The notes below the pieces were generated by a model. That model was not told the origin of the DNA. It searched no databases and saw nothing but the letters and a program-made list of their open reading frames with translations. Source: a virus. From it: a stretch of DNA of 64,000 nucleotides. The stretch is from positions 41,626 to 105,625 of the IMG/VR virus record IMGVR_UViG_3300008216_002531; one strand, written 5' to 3'. This document shows, one piece after another, positions 27,883 through 37,227 of the stretch; within the stretch, counting starts at the first letter, position 1, and the number at the start of each line of letters is the position of its first letter. The position numbers and the translations under genes were made by a program.

Positions 27883-29578
27883 TGTTGGGCATCCATGGTG
27901 GTCTTGGCTCTTGAATCATTCCTGTTCGTCTTTGTTCCCAATAATTTTTGCGATCACGAATTTCTGATAATTGATTATAGGCCTCTTGCAAGTTGAATTC
28001 CCTAAACGCCGGTCGTCCGTATGCATAAGAATCTTCGTTAAAGTACAAACTACTGGTTCCTTCTATAAATACTCCATAATTCAGATCTCTAATCAATCTT
28101 GCTTCAAGATAAGTATCAAGTTGTTCTGGCTCTCCTAAAACATTGATAATGAGCCATTTAGCTAAATCTCTATTATTCAGATCACTTGGGACCGAGTTAG
28201 ACGGAGAGTGCAGTCTGGGTGGAGATTCCCAGATACCTTCTTTAATTGGGACTGAGTCAAAATGGTCTGCCCATTTTTTTGCTGTATCATCGTATTGATA
28301 ATGTTTTATGAATCGTTTTCTGGTTTTTTTCCCAAGCGAGGATTGCTTTTCATCCGTTAATTCAAAAAATTCTTGGAACTTTTTAGCAGTATAGTCATTG
28401 TCTGGAATAGCCCTTATGCAACCAGTTTCTAATTCCAGATATTTTGTTTTTAGTTTAAGAGGTTCTCCTCCGAGCTTTCTTATGACACTATGCATTGCGG
28501 AATAATCCACAGACATCACTGGGACTCCGCAAGCGGCAGCTTCTACTTGGGGAAGACCGAACCCTTCGCTGTTCGCATACTGTACGTATAAATCAAACGT
28601 ATTTATTATCTTAGCCAAAAACTCTGGAGATGCCCCTCTTTGTACATTAGCCAATCCAGATTTGAATTCTCCACACCGTGAGCATTTAGAAACCGCGTCG
28701 TGGAAAAACGATGGAAAAATATGCCCACAGGCCTCACAAACGTAAGTAAAAATTACTTTGCTACAAAGACCATATTGTTTTAATAGCTTGGGAATATCCC
28801 AGCCAACGTCAGGATAGCTAGTGTGACAATATAGAAAAACGTCGCTATTGTTGTACGAATCTAGAAACTTCCTAAAGGCATCAAACAAATCTGGAAACAG
28901 CTTTCGTCGCTGATTCCTCATTATAGTGCCTATTATTTTTGCGTCTGGGCTTAAATCCAGAGATTGCCTATTTTGGATTTTGTCTACAGTAGGCTTGTAC
29001 ACTTCGTCAGCAGAAGGTGGAGCGCTACCTAAGCAACTGATGGAACCCCCTCCTTCTTTAGCTAGAGTTTTCACCGCCCAATCAGAATATGTAAATACCG
29101 CGTCGGCATTAGCATAAGTAGTTAGCCATTGTTCATTTTGGCCTTCCGCGTCTACCGTTGGCATTATGGCCCAATGAAACAAATTGCGGAAAGGAGATCT
29201 TTCCTCAAATTCTAACATCCAGAAGTCTCTTATGTCAAAAACAATATCCGGCTTAAAGTCTAAAAGAACTTCTTCAAATCGCCATTCGCCAAATTGGTAT
29301 ACTCCGTTTGAGTTATACTTATTGGTAGCTTCACGGTTGTCGGGAAGTGGAGCGTTGGGATATGTTGTCCAAGGAATCTCTTGTAGGCGAGGTTCTTTTG
29401 GATGCGCATATATAGATAGCTCCGCAAGCTCGTACTTGTCGGAGCTATACAATCTTTTCATAACCTCTCGGCCATACGTAGCGTAGCCTGTGTTTAAAAA
29501 CGAGGCTTCGTTACATAGAAGTATCCTCTTTTTCCTCACGATAATATTTTCTCGTTCTTTGTATGATTTTTCGAACAA
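27866..29578 (-). CDS. GT4 glycosyltransferase with zinc-ribbon insertion
   Basis: TGYA, RNQRRK, EGFGLPQVEAAACG; CEACG...CSRCG insert; true start probably GTG at 29539. Confidence 0.85.
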   Translation of the reverse strand: MFEKSYKERENIIVRKKRILLCNEASFLNTGYATYGREVMKRLYSSDKYELAELSIYAHPKEPRLQEIPWTTYPNAPLPDNREATNKYNSNGVYQFGEWRFEEVLLDFKPDIVFDIRDFWMLEFEERSPFRNLFHWAIMPTVDAEGQNEQWLTTYANADAVFTYSDWAVKTLAKEGGGSISCLGSAPPSADEVYKPTVDKIQNRQSLDLSPDAKIIGTIMRNQRRKLFPDLFDAFRKFLDSYNNSDVFLYCHTSYPDVGWDIPKLLKQYGLCSKVIFTYVCEACGHIFPSFFHDAVSKCSRCGEFKSGLANVQRGASPEFLAKIINTFDLYVQYANSEGFGLPQVEAAACGVPVMSVDYSAMHSVIRKLGGEPLKLKTKYLELETGCIRAIPDNDYTAKKFQEFFELTDEKQSSLGKKTRKRFIKHYQYDDTAKKWADHFDSVPIKEGIWESPPRLHSPSNSVPSDLNNRDLAKWLIINVLGEPEQLDTYLEARLIRDLNYGVFIEGTSSLYFNEDSYAYGRPAFREFNLQEAYNQLSEIRDRKNYWEQRRTGMIQEPRPPWMPNNVSSV

Positions 29579-30005
29579 TATGCTTAATTTGTCCTTTTGG
29601 ACAAGACAGTTTTTCGGCTATCTCTTTGTGTGTATAGTTTTCGGACTTCATTTTTAGTACCAATTTTTCTTTTTCGCTCAGGCAATCTGGTATTAATTCC
29701 CACAACTCTTCTTTTGTTGTATACCAGTTATCTTTTTTGAATGAGGCATTTACAGACTTCTTTTTGTTTTTCCTCATATACCTAAAGATTTCATTCCTTA
29801 CGCAAACAGTGGCAAAAGTAGAAAATTGGCTTTTTTCGGAATCATAATTTCTTATGGCTTTTATAAGACCTATGAAGCCCACTTGCATGTAGTCTTCTAG
29901 ATCGTTTTTGTGAGAAGCCAATCGAATAGCCTGAGAAACAACCAGCCCATAATGCTTATTGACTAGCTGACTCTCAGGATCTTCGACTGGATTTTCATAT
30001 GTCAT
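29511..30005 (-). CDS. Phage sigma-70 family sigma factor
   Basis: Region 2 EDYMQVGFIGLIKAIRNYD..KSQFSTFA; region 4 LSEKEK...YTHKEIAEKL. Confidence 0.85.
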   Translation of the reverse strand: MTYENPVEDPESQLVNKHYGLVVSQAIRLASHKNDLEDYMQVGFIGLIKAIRNYDSEKSQFSTFATVCVRNEIFRYMRKNKKKSVNASFKKDNWYTTKEELWELIPDCLSEKEKLVLKMKSENYTHKEIAEKLSCPKGQIKHIVRKIIQRTRKYYREEKEDTSM

Positions 30006-30392
30006 TTAAAATGGGGCGGCGTCAGATCGCGCTTGTGAAGTTACTGGTTCTCGCTCTTCATTATCGTTTTGAAATCTATTATTGAAAAGCTTGAATTTAT
30101 TTACTCGAAACTTAATCTTAGATCTACGATTTCCATCCTTATCCGTCCACTTGTCTTGGCGAGCGCAAGCCATTACAGCTATTTCGTCTCCCTTTGAGCA
30201 GTATCTATCAATTGTAGTCGCTCCGCTATCCCAAGCCTCAAAATCAAGATAATCGACTTTCTTGCTCTTTTCTCCATCTTTTGATTTACGATACTCGTTA
30301 ACAGCGAGGGTGAACCTAACTACCGAAGTTTCATTAACATCGGTAAGCTCTGGGTCTTGAACCAAGCGACCTATAAAGTGACAATTATTCAT
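30006..30392 (-). CDS. ssb: Single-stranded DNA-binding protein
   Basis: N...FIGRLVQDPEL, FTLAVN, KGD, W.DKDG; C-terminal APF. Confidence 0.9.
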   Translation of the reverse strand: MNNCHFIGRLVQDPELTDVNETSVVRFTLAVNEYRKSKDGEKSKKVDYLDFEAWDSGATTIDRYCSKGDEIAVMACARQDKWTDKDGNRRSKIKFRVNKFKLFNNRFQNDNEEREPVTSQARSDAAPF

Positions 30393-30395
30393 TCT

Positions 30396-30971
30396 CTAAA
30401 GTCCTTCCATTAAAAAAGCCAAGTGGATTAACTCGTAACCCTTAGATACATTCTCTTTGTCTGCTAGATCTAAAAACTCATTCGTAAACTCTGGGTAAGC
30501 CGCATAAAATATGTCTACTAATTTTTCCTCCAGCAACACTTGTTTTTCGTCATTTGGTGGTTTGATTAAATCAATAAAAGTTGAGTCAGGACCAAGTTCT
30601 TCTCCTTCTACATTGTAGTAGATAATAAACTTCGTCGAGAGTTTTAATCTCTCTGTTTTCATCAGAATGTCTTGAAAAATAATTATTCTAGAGGCATAGG
30701 CAGGACAGTCGATGAATACTGGCTTGGTGCTTTCTGAAGAATAATAATGTACGCCTGAAGGCAGAGGGTCTTCTTGAATCTGATATATGCAAATAGTTTC
30801 TTGTTCGTCTTGATCAACAGTTTTTTTAAGAGGGAAAGTAACAGCGCACCCAATGCCATCAAAATCAGAGGCGACGACTTTGACAACATAGTCGTGTTCT
30901 TTGAAGAAATTTACGAGCGCCTGATTATCCATCCTGTAACCTATAAAACGCGCAAGGGGCGTTTTTTGCAC
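30396..30971 (-). CDS. Hypothetical protein
   Basis: ORF coupled to dnaE-C stop. Confidence 0.5.
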   Translation of the reverse strand: MQKTPLARFIGYRMDNQALVNFFKEHDYVVKVVASDFDGIGCAVTFPLKKTVDQDEQETICIYQIQEDPLPSGVHYYSSESTKPVFIDCPAYASRIIIFQDILMKTERLKLSTKFIIYYNVEGEELGPDSTFIDLIKPPNDEKQVLLEEKLVDIFYAAYPEFTNEFLDLADKENVSKGYELIHLAFLMEGL

Positions 30972-32656
30972 TATATTTGGGAAACTTTTTGCACAATAAA
31001 ACCGTCGTCGATCTGGTATCGCCTCTTACCACGAGACAATTCCCCGGAGGACTTTCCGTAAAGCAAAACTGTATTGCCCTCATACAAAAGCCCTTTGTGT
31101 TTTTTCCATTCGTCGCAAAACACAGTCACTGTTTCTAGACATCCGGTATTGTCCTCCACAACCAAGAACCCCATAGGGCTTCCTTTTGACCGTCCATTTT
31201 TTACAACATACTCATTAACATTAGAAACTTGCACTGCTAAAATTATATTACCACGTTTGCCGTCAAAAAACTCTTTACATGTGGAATTTGACCCGCTCGC
31301 ATCACAAGAGTCTACTTCGCTGTAGCTTAGCGCTATTCCCAAAGTTTCTTTTTCTATATTGGACACCCACCCCGGACTATCTTCCAAGGAATAAGGAGGA
31401 TTTTTCAATAGCAGAACTAGACTTTCAACAATAGAGTTTCTTGTGGTGTTAAATGTTCCACCTCCATTCTTTTTGGTGGGAGACAGTTTAGACAAAGCGT
31501 CGGCTAGACACTCCCACTCCTCCTGTCTCTCAACCACCCACTCTTTCTCCTTATCTGTTAGTTTCTGCCATGTTTCAAATTCGTACAACATCCTGCTCCT
31601 ACTCATGCCAAAATGGGACATGGACCCCACAGACACAAGAGAAACCATTATGTTTTTATTGATTTTATGAGACGTATTGACTAAAAATTGATACCATGAC
31701 CAGTCTGCTATTGGTTTTGATAGACTGCTCTCCACGGAGTCTATTACTTGTATCAATTTTTCCACATGTTTTTCTCCAACAGATTTTATATCGTTGAATC
31801 CAAAGTTTATGACTTTATTTCTAATGCTAAACTTGGAATCCATATTGACGACAGAAGGAGGGGAAACTTGTATGCCTGATATTTTAGCATCCCTTATTAG
31901 ATCTCTGACTTCAGACTGGGGATCTTGTTTTCCATTAGCGTAAAATAAATAGTTACAGTAGAAATTTATAGGAAAATGGGCCTTGGCGTAGGCTGACCAG
32001 TAGGCGCAAACAGCATAAGAAACTGCGTGGCTTTTGTTAAAAGCATACCGGTTGGACTTTTCAATCCATCCAAAAATTTCTTCGGTCACTTCGCTAGTAA
32101 CGATTCCTTTACTAGAGGCTCCTTCTAGGAAAGACTCCTTTACTTCTGACATGAGGCCAGCTTGTTTTTTGCCGATAGCTTTTCTCAAGCCGTCTGCTTG
32201 TTGCAAATCAAAGCCCGCTATAACCTGAGCTATTTGCATGCTTTGTTCTTGATATACTAGCACCCCTTGAGTAGACTTTAGGATAGGCTCCAAGGAATCG
32301 TGTAAATATGAAACCTCTTCCGATCCATTTTTTCTGTCTACATAGTGCTGTGTCATTGACTTGCCGTCAATAATAGCTTTTAGACATCCCGGTCTAATAA
32401 GAGCAATAAGAGCGGCTAACTCCTCAATGTTTTTAGGGCGGATTCTTTTTGCCCAAGATTTTCCCAAATTACTTTCTAGTTGAAATACACCTTTGGTTCT
32501 CCCGGTAGATATCAAATCCCAAGTCTTGTCACAATCGTAACCGCATTGGCTGATGTCAAAGCGAGTAGACGGCAATCCGGTTTGCGACAACGTGGTCGGG
32601 TGATCTGGGTCTAGAACTTCAAAAGAACACCCGCAATCAAATTCGTAGTTTTTCAT
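30971..32656 (-). CDS. dnaE: DNA polymerase III alpha, C-terminal half (fingers, HhH, OB)
   Basis: GVFQLES, ALIRPG, VYQEQ, ADGLRKAIGKK, YAFNKSHA, IKSVG, EKETLG; likely start MKNYEF. Confidence 0.92.
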   Translation of the reverse strand: MKNYEFDCGCSFEVLDPDHPTTLSQTGLPSTRFDISQCGYDCDKTWDLISTGRTKGVFQLESNLGKSWAKRIRPKNIEELAALIALIRPGCLKAIIDGKSMTQHYVDRKNGSEEVSYLHDSLEPILKSTQGVLVYQEQSMQIAQVIAGFDLQQADGLRKAIGKKQAGLMSEVKESFLEGASSKGIVTSEVTEEIFGWIEKSNRYAFNKSHAVSYAVCAYWSAYAKAHFPINFYCNYLFYANGKQDPQSEVRDLIRDAKISGIQVSPPSVVNMDSKFSIRNKVINFGFNDIKSVGEKHVEKLIQVIDSVESSLSKPIADWSWYQFLVNTSHKINKNIMVSLVSVGSMSHFGMSRSRMLYEFETWQKLTDKEKEWVVERQEEWECLADALSKLSPTKKNGGGTFNTTRNSIVESLVLLLKNPPYSLEDSPGWVSNIEKETLGIALSYSEVDSCDASGSNSTCKEFFDGKRGNIILAVQVSNVNEYVVKNGRSKGSPMGFLVVEDNTGCLETVTVFCDEWKKHKGLLYEGNTVLLYGKSSGELSRGKRRYQIDDGFIVQKVSQI

Positions 32657-33317
32657 CGGCCAGAGCCTTTTCAAATTTTACCTTGGGAGCAAAATGTCTA
32701 TACAGCTTAAGAAATTTTATCAGGACAGACGCGGTATCTTTCACGTCTTGCAGAGCGTCGTGCGCATTGTCTTTAGGCATTCCCATCCAATCTCTAATAG
32801 AATCCATGCTGACGCTTCTTATATCTGGATTGTTTTCAGTCCACATGAATACATTATTCATTAAGTCCATACTATGGATAGTGTGAAACAACCCCTGCTG
32901 GTTTCTTTTTTTATTCATAGGACCGTATTCTCTACATAAACGATTTGCGATAATCATATCGAAATTATTTATATTGTGTCCGGCGGGTATTGGAGCCGTC
33001 CAACTACCCTTTTTATAATTAAACCTGTCTACGAATTTAGTAAATCTATCCCACACCGTTTTTAAATGTGGGGCTTTTGCTAATTCGGCTCTAGTTTTTC
33101 CATTTACAGCTAGGGCCTCTTCTTCTAAGGGGTCTAATCCAGCAGCTACCGCTTTTTCATCCCCTAGTGGCTTGATCAGAGATTCAAAATATCCATTAGG
33201 TTGTACAGACAGTCTACGACCGTGTATCATTACGGCGGCAATTTGTACTGGTTGAGTTGTCAGTGGGTTTCTACTGCCTGTTTCAAAATCAAACACACAG
33301 ATATCATTATAATTCAT
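32637..33317 (-). CDS. DEDDh 3'-5' exonuclease (DnaQ-like)
   Basis: FDFETG, GHNI.NFD, HDALQD. Confidence 0.85.
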   Translation of the reverse strand: MNYNDICVFDFETGSRNPLTTQPVQIAAVMIHGRRLSVQPNGYFESLIKPLGDEKAVAAGLDPLEEEALAVNGKTRAELAKAPHLKTVWDRFTKFVDRFNYKKGSWTAPIPAGHNINNFDMIIANRLCREYGPMNKKRNQQGLFHTIHSMDLMNNVFMWTENNPDIRSVSMDSIRDWMGMPKDNAHDALQDVKDTASVLIKFLKLYRHFAPKVKFEKALADEKLRI

Positions 33318-34407
33318 CTACAGAGTCCTCTTCTTTTTCAACTAAAAATTCCATCTTATTATTGAAATCTTCAAACGATAGATCTCCATATCTTAGTGTT
33401 TGGCGAGAAAATAATTTGTCATATTTTCCTTCTGCAATAAGCGAGGCCGCACAAGCAGCGCCATATCCTGTGCAACGCTGCATGGCTGAAAAGTTTTCGT
33501 CTGGCGGAACGAGTAGTTCTTGAATTTTTTCATCAATAGATATGTAGATAATAACACAGTCTTCTACTTGATGTTTTGCACAACTTTTTGTGAAGATCTT
33601 TTTAAGAGTTGGTCGATCCAGTTCGCATTCTTCGATTAGCAACTTAATGGTTTTGAGATGTCCCGGCCACCTAAGAGTCTTATATGAAACATGAGTAGCT
33701 CCCAAGTTTTTAAGGCTGTGGACGCTATAAGATGATCCCCCGCTTGTATAAAAAGCTTCTAAAACCCCCAAGCTCTGAGTGGAAACAGTTTCATAGCCTT
33801 CTAGAGACTTAACAGAAGTTATCTCTCCGTTATTTAAGATTGTAGAGTTTTCTGTGTATTCATTAATAAGGCCATCAAGAGACCAGCTACAAAAATAATT
33901 AAAATGATCGTCTTTAGAAGCTCTTCGAGGTAGTCCTCCAACCATTATATTTACTGTTTTTGGTTTTTTTTCATCTTCTTCGGCAATCTGCTTGTATAGA
34001 TTTTCTGTAAGTATGTTTGCTAATCCGGGGGCCAAGCCTAAATCTGTCATTACTGGTTTAGATCCGTTGCTGACAGCAAAGCTATTAATATATTCGCTTA
34101 CTTCTTCATTGCCACCAAGATCACAATATCTAATTCCATTCTTTATGCAATATCTAGCAACATCTTTGTTGTTGTAATATGGGAGAGCAGAAATCACAAC
34201 GTCTGGAAAGGGTCGGGATATTGATTTTGATATGTGGCCTTCTAATTTTGGGATACAATGTGTTTTTGCCGATTGGCTTAAAAAAGAATTGCATTTGTCC
34301 AATGCTTCTTGAGATAGGTCTACTAGTTCTAGCTCGTAGCCAAGTCTTTCCATAGCCCAAGCCGTAGATTGACCCATTCTTCCAGCACCAAAAATAATAG
34401 CTCTCAT
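33307..34407 (-). CDS. Lysine 6-dehydrogenase / saccharopine dehydrogenase family
   Basis: GAGRMG, SALPY, DLGGN, GLAPG, VGGLP, WS.DGLINEY, LEAFYTSGG, YKTLRWPGH, AMQRCTG. Confidence 0.85.
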   Translation of the reverse strand: MRAIIFGAGRMGQSTAWAMERLGYELELVDLSQEALDKCNSFLSQSAKTHCIPKLEGHISKSISRPFPDVVISALPYYNNKDVARYCIKNGIRYCDLGGNEEVSEYINSFAVSNGSKPVMTDLGLAPGLANILTENLYKQIAEEDEKKPKTVNIMVGGLPRRASKDDHFNYFCSWSLDGLINEYTENSTILNNGEITSVKSLEGYETVSTQSLGVLEAFYTSGGSSYSVHSLKNLGATHVSYKTLRWPGHLKTIKLLIEECELDRPTLKKIFTKSCAKHQVEDCVIIYISIDEKIQELLVPPDENFSAMQRCTGYGAACAASLIAEGKYDKLFSRQTLRYGDLSFEDFNNKMEFLVEKEEDSVDEL

Positions 34408-35243
34408 TGTACCGCTCTCCCCTTAAGTTCTTCCCAATCTTTTTCTGGCCTAACCACCAAGTTGGTGTCCCACGCCCCAATTAGAGTGTTGGGAGATATT
34501 CCAAAGTCTGCTGCGTGTTTTATGATAGCGTTGAGATCTTTTGGAAAACAACTTCCGCCGAACCCCAGACTTCCATCTGGGCCGGGAACCGACCAGTGAG
34601 AGCCTCCCAGTCTCTCGTCGTGTATAGCATACTCAATCACCTTGTCGTAGTCAACTCCGTTCGCTTCGCACATAGCGGAGAATTCGTTTGCTAGCGACAC
34701 TTTAGCCGCTAAGAAGCAATTGGTAAGATACTTAACATACTCTGCTATAGTTGAGTCTGTTTTTATAATAGAAGCCTTCGGAAAGATGTTGGCGTAAAAT
34801 TGCTTTAGTCTTGTGGTGGCTGGTCTAGGGCCACCCAGAATAACACGGGTAGTGTTACGAAAATCTTCCGCCGCGTTTCTTTCTAGTAAGAATTCTGGGT
34901 TGAATACTACTTGAGAGTCTTGGCACATCTCATTAATAAAGGAGGTGGTGCCCGGAGGAACTGTAGATTTAATAACTATGATATTTTGTCTGCCAGTTCC
35001 ACACGCTTCCAAACAAACAGTTTTTACGATTGAGGTATCGCACGATCCATCTAGCTTCATTGGTGTTGGAACACATACAAACACCACGTCGCAATCATGG
35101 GATAAGTCTGTTATTGTTTTATGCGTTGATAGATCTGCATGTGCTTTATCATAAGTGTATACCTTATTGTAACAAGAGAAGACTTCGGTCAGCGCCGACC
35201 CTACAAACCCCTGTCCTATTATTCCTATTGCTCTTATTTTCAT
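34404..35243 (-). CDS. UDP-glucose/GDP-mannose dehydrogenase family, short form
   Basis: GQGFVG, CVPTP, KSTVPPG, FNPEFL, GFGGSCFPKD; lacks C-terminal domain; start MKIRA by ATGA overlap. Confidence 0.85.
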   Translation of the reverse strand: MKIRAIGIIGQGFVGSALTEVFSCYNKVYTYDKAHADLSTHKTITDLSHDCDVVFVCVPTPMKLDGSCDTSIVKTVCLEACGTGRQNIIVIKSTVPPGTTSFINEMCQDSQVVFNPEFLLERNAAEDFRNTTRVILGGPRPATTRLKQFYANIFPKASIIKTDSTIAEYVKYLTNCFLAAKVSLANEFSAMCEANGVDYDKVIEYAIHDERLGGSHWSVPGPDGSLGFGGSCFPKDLNAIIKHAADFGISPNTLIGAWDTNLVVRPEKDWEELKGRAVQ

Positions 35244-36448
35244 AGATTTTCTACAGCCTCTTTTATATATTGACACGCTACATCCGCGTCCTCTTTAGAG
35301 AATGTAAGAGCGGGTCTAAGTCTAATTGATCTACTGCCGCATTTTAATACGAGCATATTTTCTTGTAACAACTCTACCATTCTATCTCGAAGTTCTGAGG
35401 ATGGCAGATCAAACGCTATCATGAGTCCTCGCCCCCTTACATTGTCTATTTCGCTTATACTTCTAAGACACCATAATAAATGAGAGCCTACATCGCTAAC
35501 ATCAGCAATCAAATCTTCCCTGTTGATGGCATCTACTATATAGTTAAATCTAACCATATCAACTATATTGCCACCCCATGTAGAATTTATTCTGCCACTA
35601 GTATTGAAGACGTTGTGTTTTACTTCATCAATTCGTTCAGTAGAGCAGAAACCACACACCTGAGTCTTTTTGCCAAAGCACATCATGTCAGGAACAACGT
35701 CGAAATGTTCGTAGGCCCACATCTTGCCAGTTAGCCCCATGCCAGTCTGCACTTCGTCAAATATAAGAAGACACTCGCGCTCATCAGCTATGCGTCTTAG
35801 ATTTTTGAAAAACGCTACCGGAAAATGATTATCTCCACCCTCACCCTGTATCGGCTCTATGATAATCGCAGCAACTTCTTCGTGGACACGGCGTTCGATG
35901 TCTTCCCAATCAGGCTCTACGGTAGTCCATCTAAACTTTGGGAACAGGGCGGTCTTTTCTGGGGTTGTATTGGTCAAAGAGAGTGTGTAGCCTGTCCTGC
36001 CATGAAAAGCGTTCTTGAGATGGAACACATCTAGGTTGTTAATATCAACCGTATGGATATATTTTAGTTTCTTGGCCTTCCAGTCAAATGCGGCTTTGAG
36101 GGCGTTTTCTACCCCAAGAGCGCCACCATCAATGAAAAAGTAGTGTTTAAAATCAGGAGTAATTTCAGAGAATTTCTCTACAAATTCAGCATAAGTACTG
36201 GAATACATATCACTATTAGCAAGCTTAACTCTTCCAGCCACGCCCATTTCGTTTTGTGCTTTTATTAATGCAGAATGTCCCCACCCCAATGGCTGACTGG
36301 CAAATTGTGAATAGCAGTCTAAGTATTTCTTTCCTGTGTTTAAGTCTATAATATAAGAACCAAGGCTCTTCTGTTGGTCTACGACTACATGAAAACCGTC
36401 AACAAGTATGTGGTTCTTTAGCGTGTCTATAGCTTTAATGTCAGGCAT
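35240..36448 (-). CDS. lat: L-lysine 6-aminotransferase (class III PLP)
   Basis: HILVDG, ANSD.YS, GALGVENALKAAFDWK, AFHGRTGYTLSLTNT, EPIQGEGGD, DEVQTG, FGKKTQVCG, INSTWGG. Confidence 0.9.
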   Translation of the reverse strand: MPDIKAIDTLKNHILVDGFHVVVDQQKSLGSYIIDLNTGKKYLDCYSQFASQPLGWGHSALIKAQNEMGVAGRVKLANSDMYSSTYAEFVEKFSEITPDFKHYFFIDGGALGVENALKAAFDWKAKKLKYIHTVDINNLDVFHLKNAFHGRTGYTLSLTNTTPEKTALFPKFRWTTVEPDWEDIERRVHEEVAAIIIEPIQGEGGDNHFPVAFFKNLRRIADERECLLIFDEVQTGMGLTGKMWAYEHFDVVPDMMCFGKKTQVCGFCSTERIDEVKHNVFNTSGRINSTWGGNIVDMVRFNYIVDAINREDLIADVSDVGSHLLWCLRSISEIDNVRGRGLMIAFDLPSSELRDRMVELLQENMLVLKCGSRSIRLRPALTFSKEDADVACQYIKEAVENL

Positions 36449-37227
36449 TTAACCGCTCCTCCCGATTTCATAAATTCTGACATATCGCATATAGATGTCT
36501 TTTTACCAGAAAACGATAAGGAAAACATATCTGATGGGGTCACAACCGTCTTATTTATTTCAATACTGTTACAAAGAAAGTCTTGCGCTTGCTCTTCATG
36601 AACATTTAATACGTCAAGAACTCCTATTTCATGGCCGATCTCCATTAGCTTTTCCAAAATTCTTTCTTGGCTGAACCTAGAAAAGGCTTGTTGATGATAA
36701 ACAACTCTATTTTTCAAAGGAAGAAAACATGTGTCCAAATGATAGAATCTTGGATCAACTAATTCACAGGACACGACATCAACTTTGAGAGTTTTTGAGA
36801 TAATTTCGTGGGCTTCCGGGTCAGTTCTAAATCCATAGCCCATGAACAGGGTATTTTCAAAAAATAGGGCGTCTCCCTCTCCCTCAAAGCAAATGTGGTC
36901 TGGGATTTCAATTACTCTATAGCCGTGTTTTAGAAACCAATCTTTAAAGAACCACTTCTCGTCTCGTCTTTCCTGATGTCTAAAATTTGATAATATCACT
37001 GTGTCTCGGTATACTAGTCCTGCGTTTGCGGTAAATACCATGTCGGGGTATCCACGCTCAGGCTCAATAAAGCTCAGTCTGGCTCCCGTTTTAGACAAAA
37101 GATCAACCATTTTCTCCCACTGGGAAAGAGCTAGGGCGGGATCGATATCATTATCAATATCCATCCAAGGATTGATTTCGTAGTCTATATTAAAATATGT
37201 TGGTTTACACAGTAAAAGATCTGTCAT
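36427..37227 (-). CDS. Amidinotransferase/guanidino-modifying enzyme, ArgZ/AgrE arginine dihydrolase-like
   Basis: YEINPWM, PDMVFTANAG, ER..E, FEGEGD, GYGFRT, FYHLDTCF, EFMKSGGAVKCLT; start MTDLL by ATGA overlap. Confidence 0.85.
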   Translation of the reverse strand: MTDLLLCKPTYFNIDYEINPWMDIDNDIDPALALSQWEKMVDLLSKTGARLSFIEPERGYPDMVFTANAGLVYRDTVILSNFRHQERRDEKWFFKDWFLKHGYRVIEIPDHICFEGEGDALFFENTLFMGYGFRTDPEAHEIISKTLKVDVVSCELVDPRFYHLDTCFLPLKNRVVYHQQAFSRFSQERILEKLMEIGHEIGVLDVLNVHEEQAQDFLCNSIEINKTVVTPSDMFSLSFSGKKTSICDMSEFMKSGGAVKCLTLKL

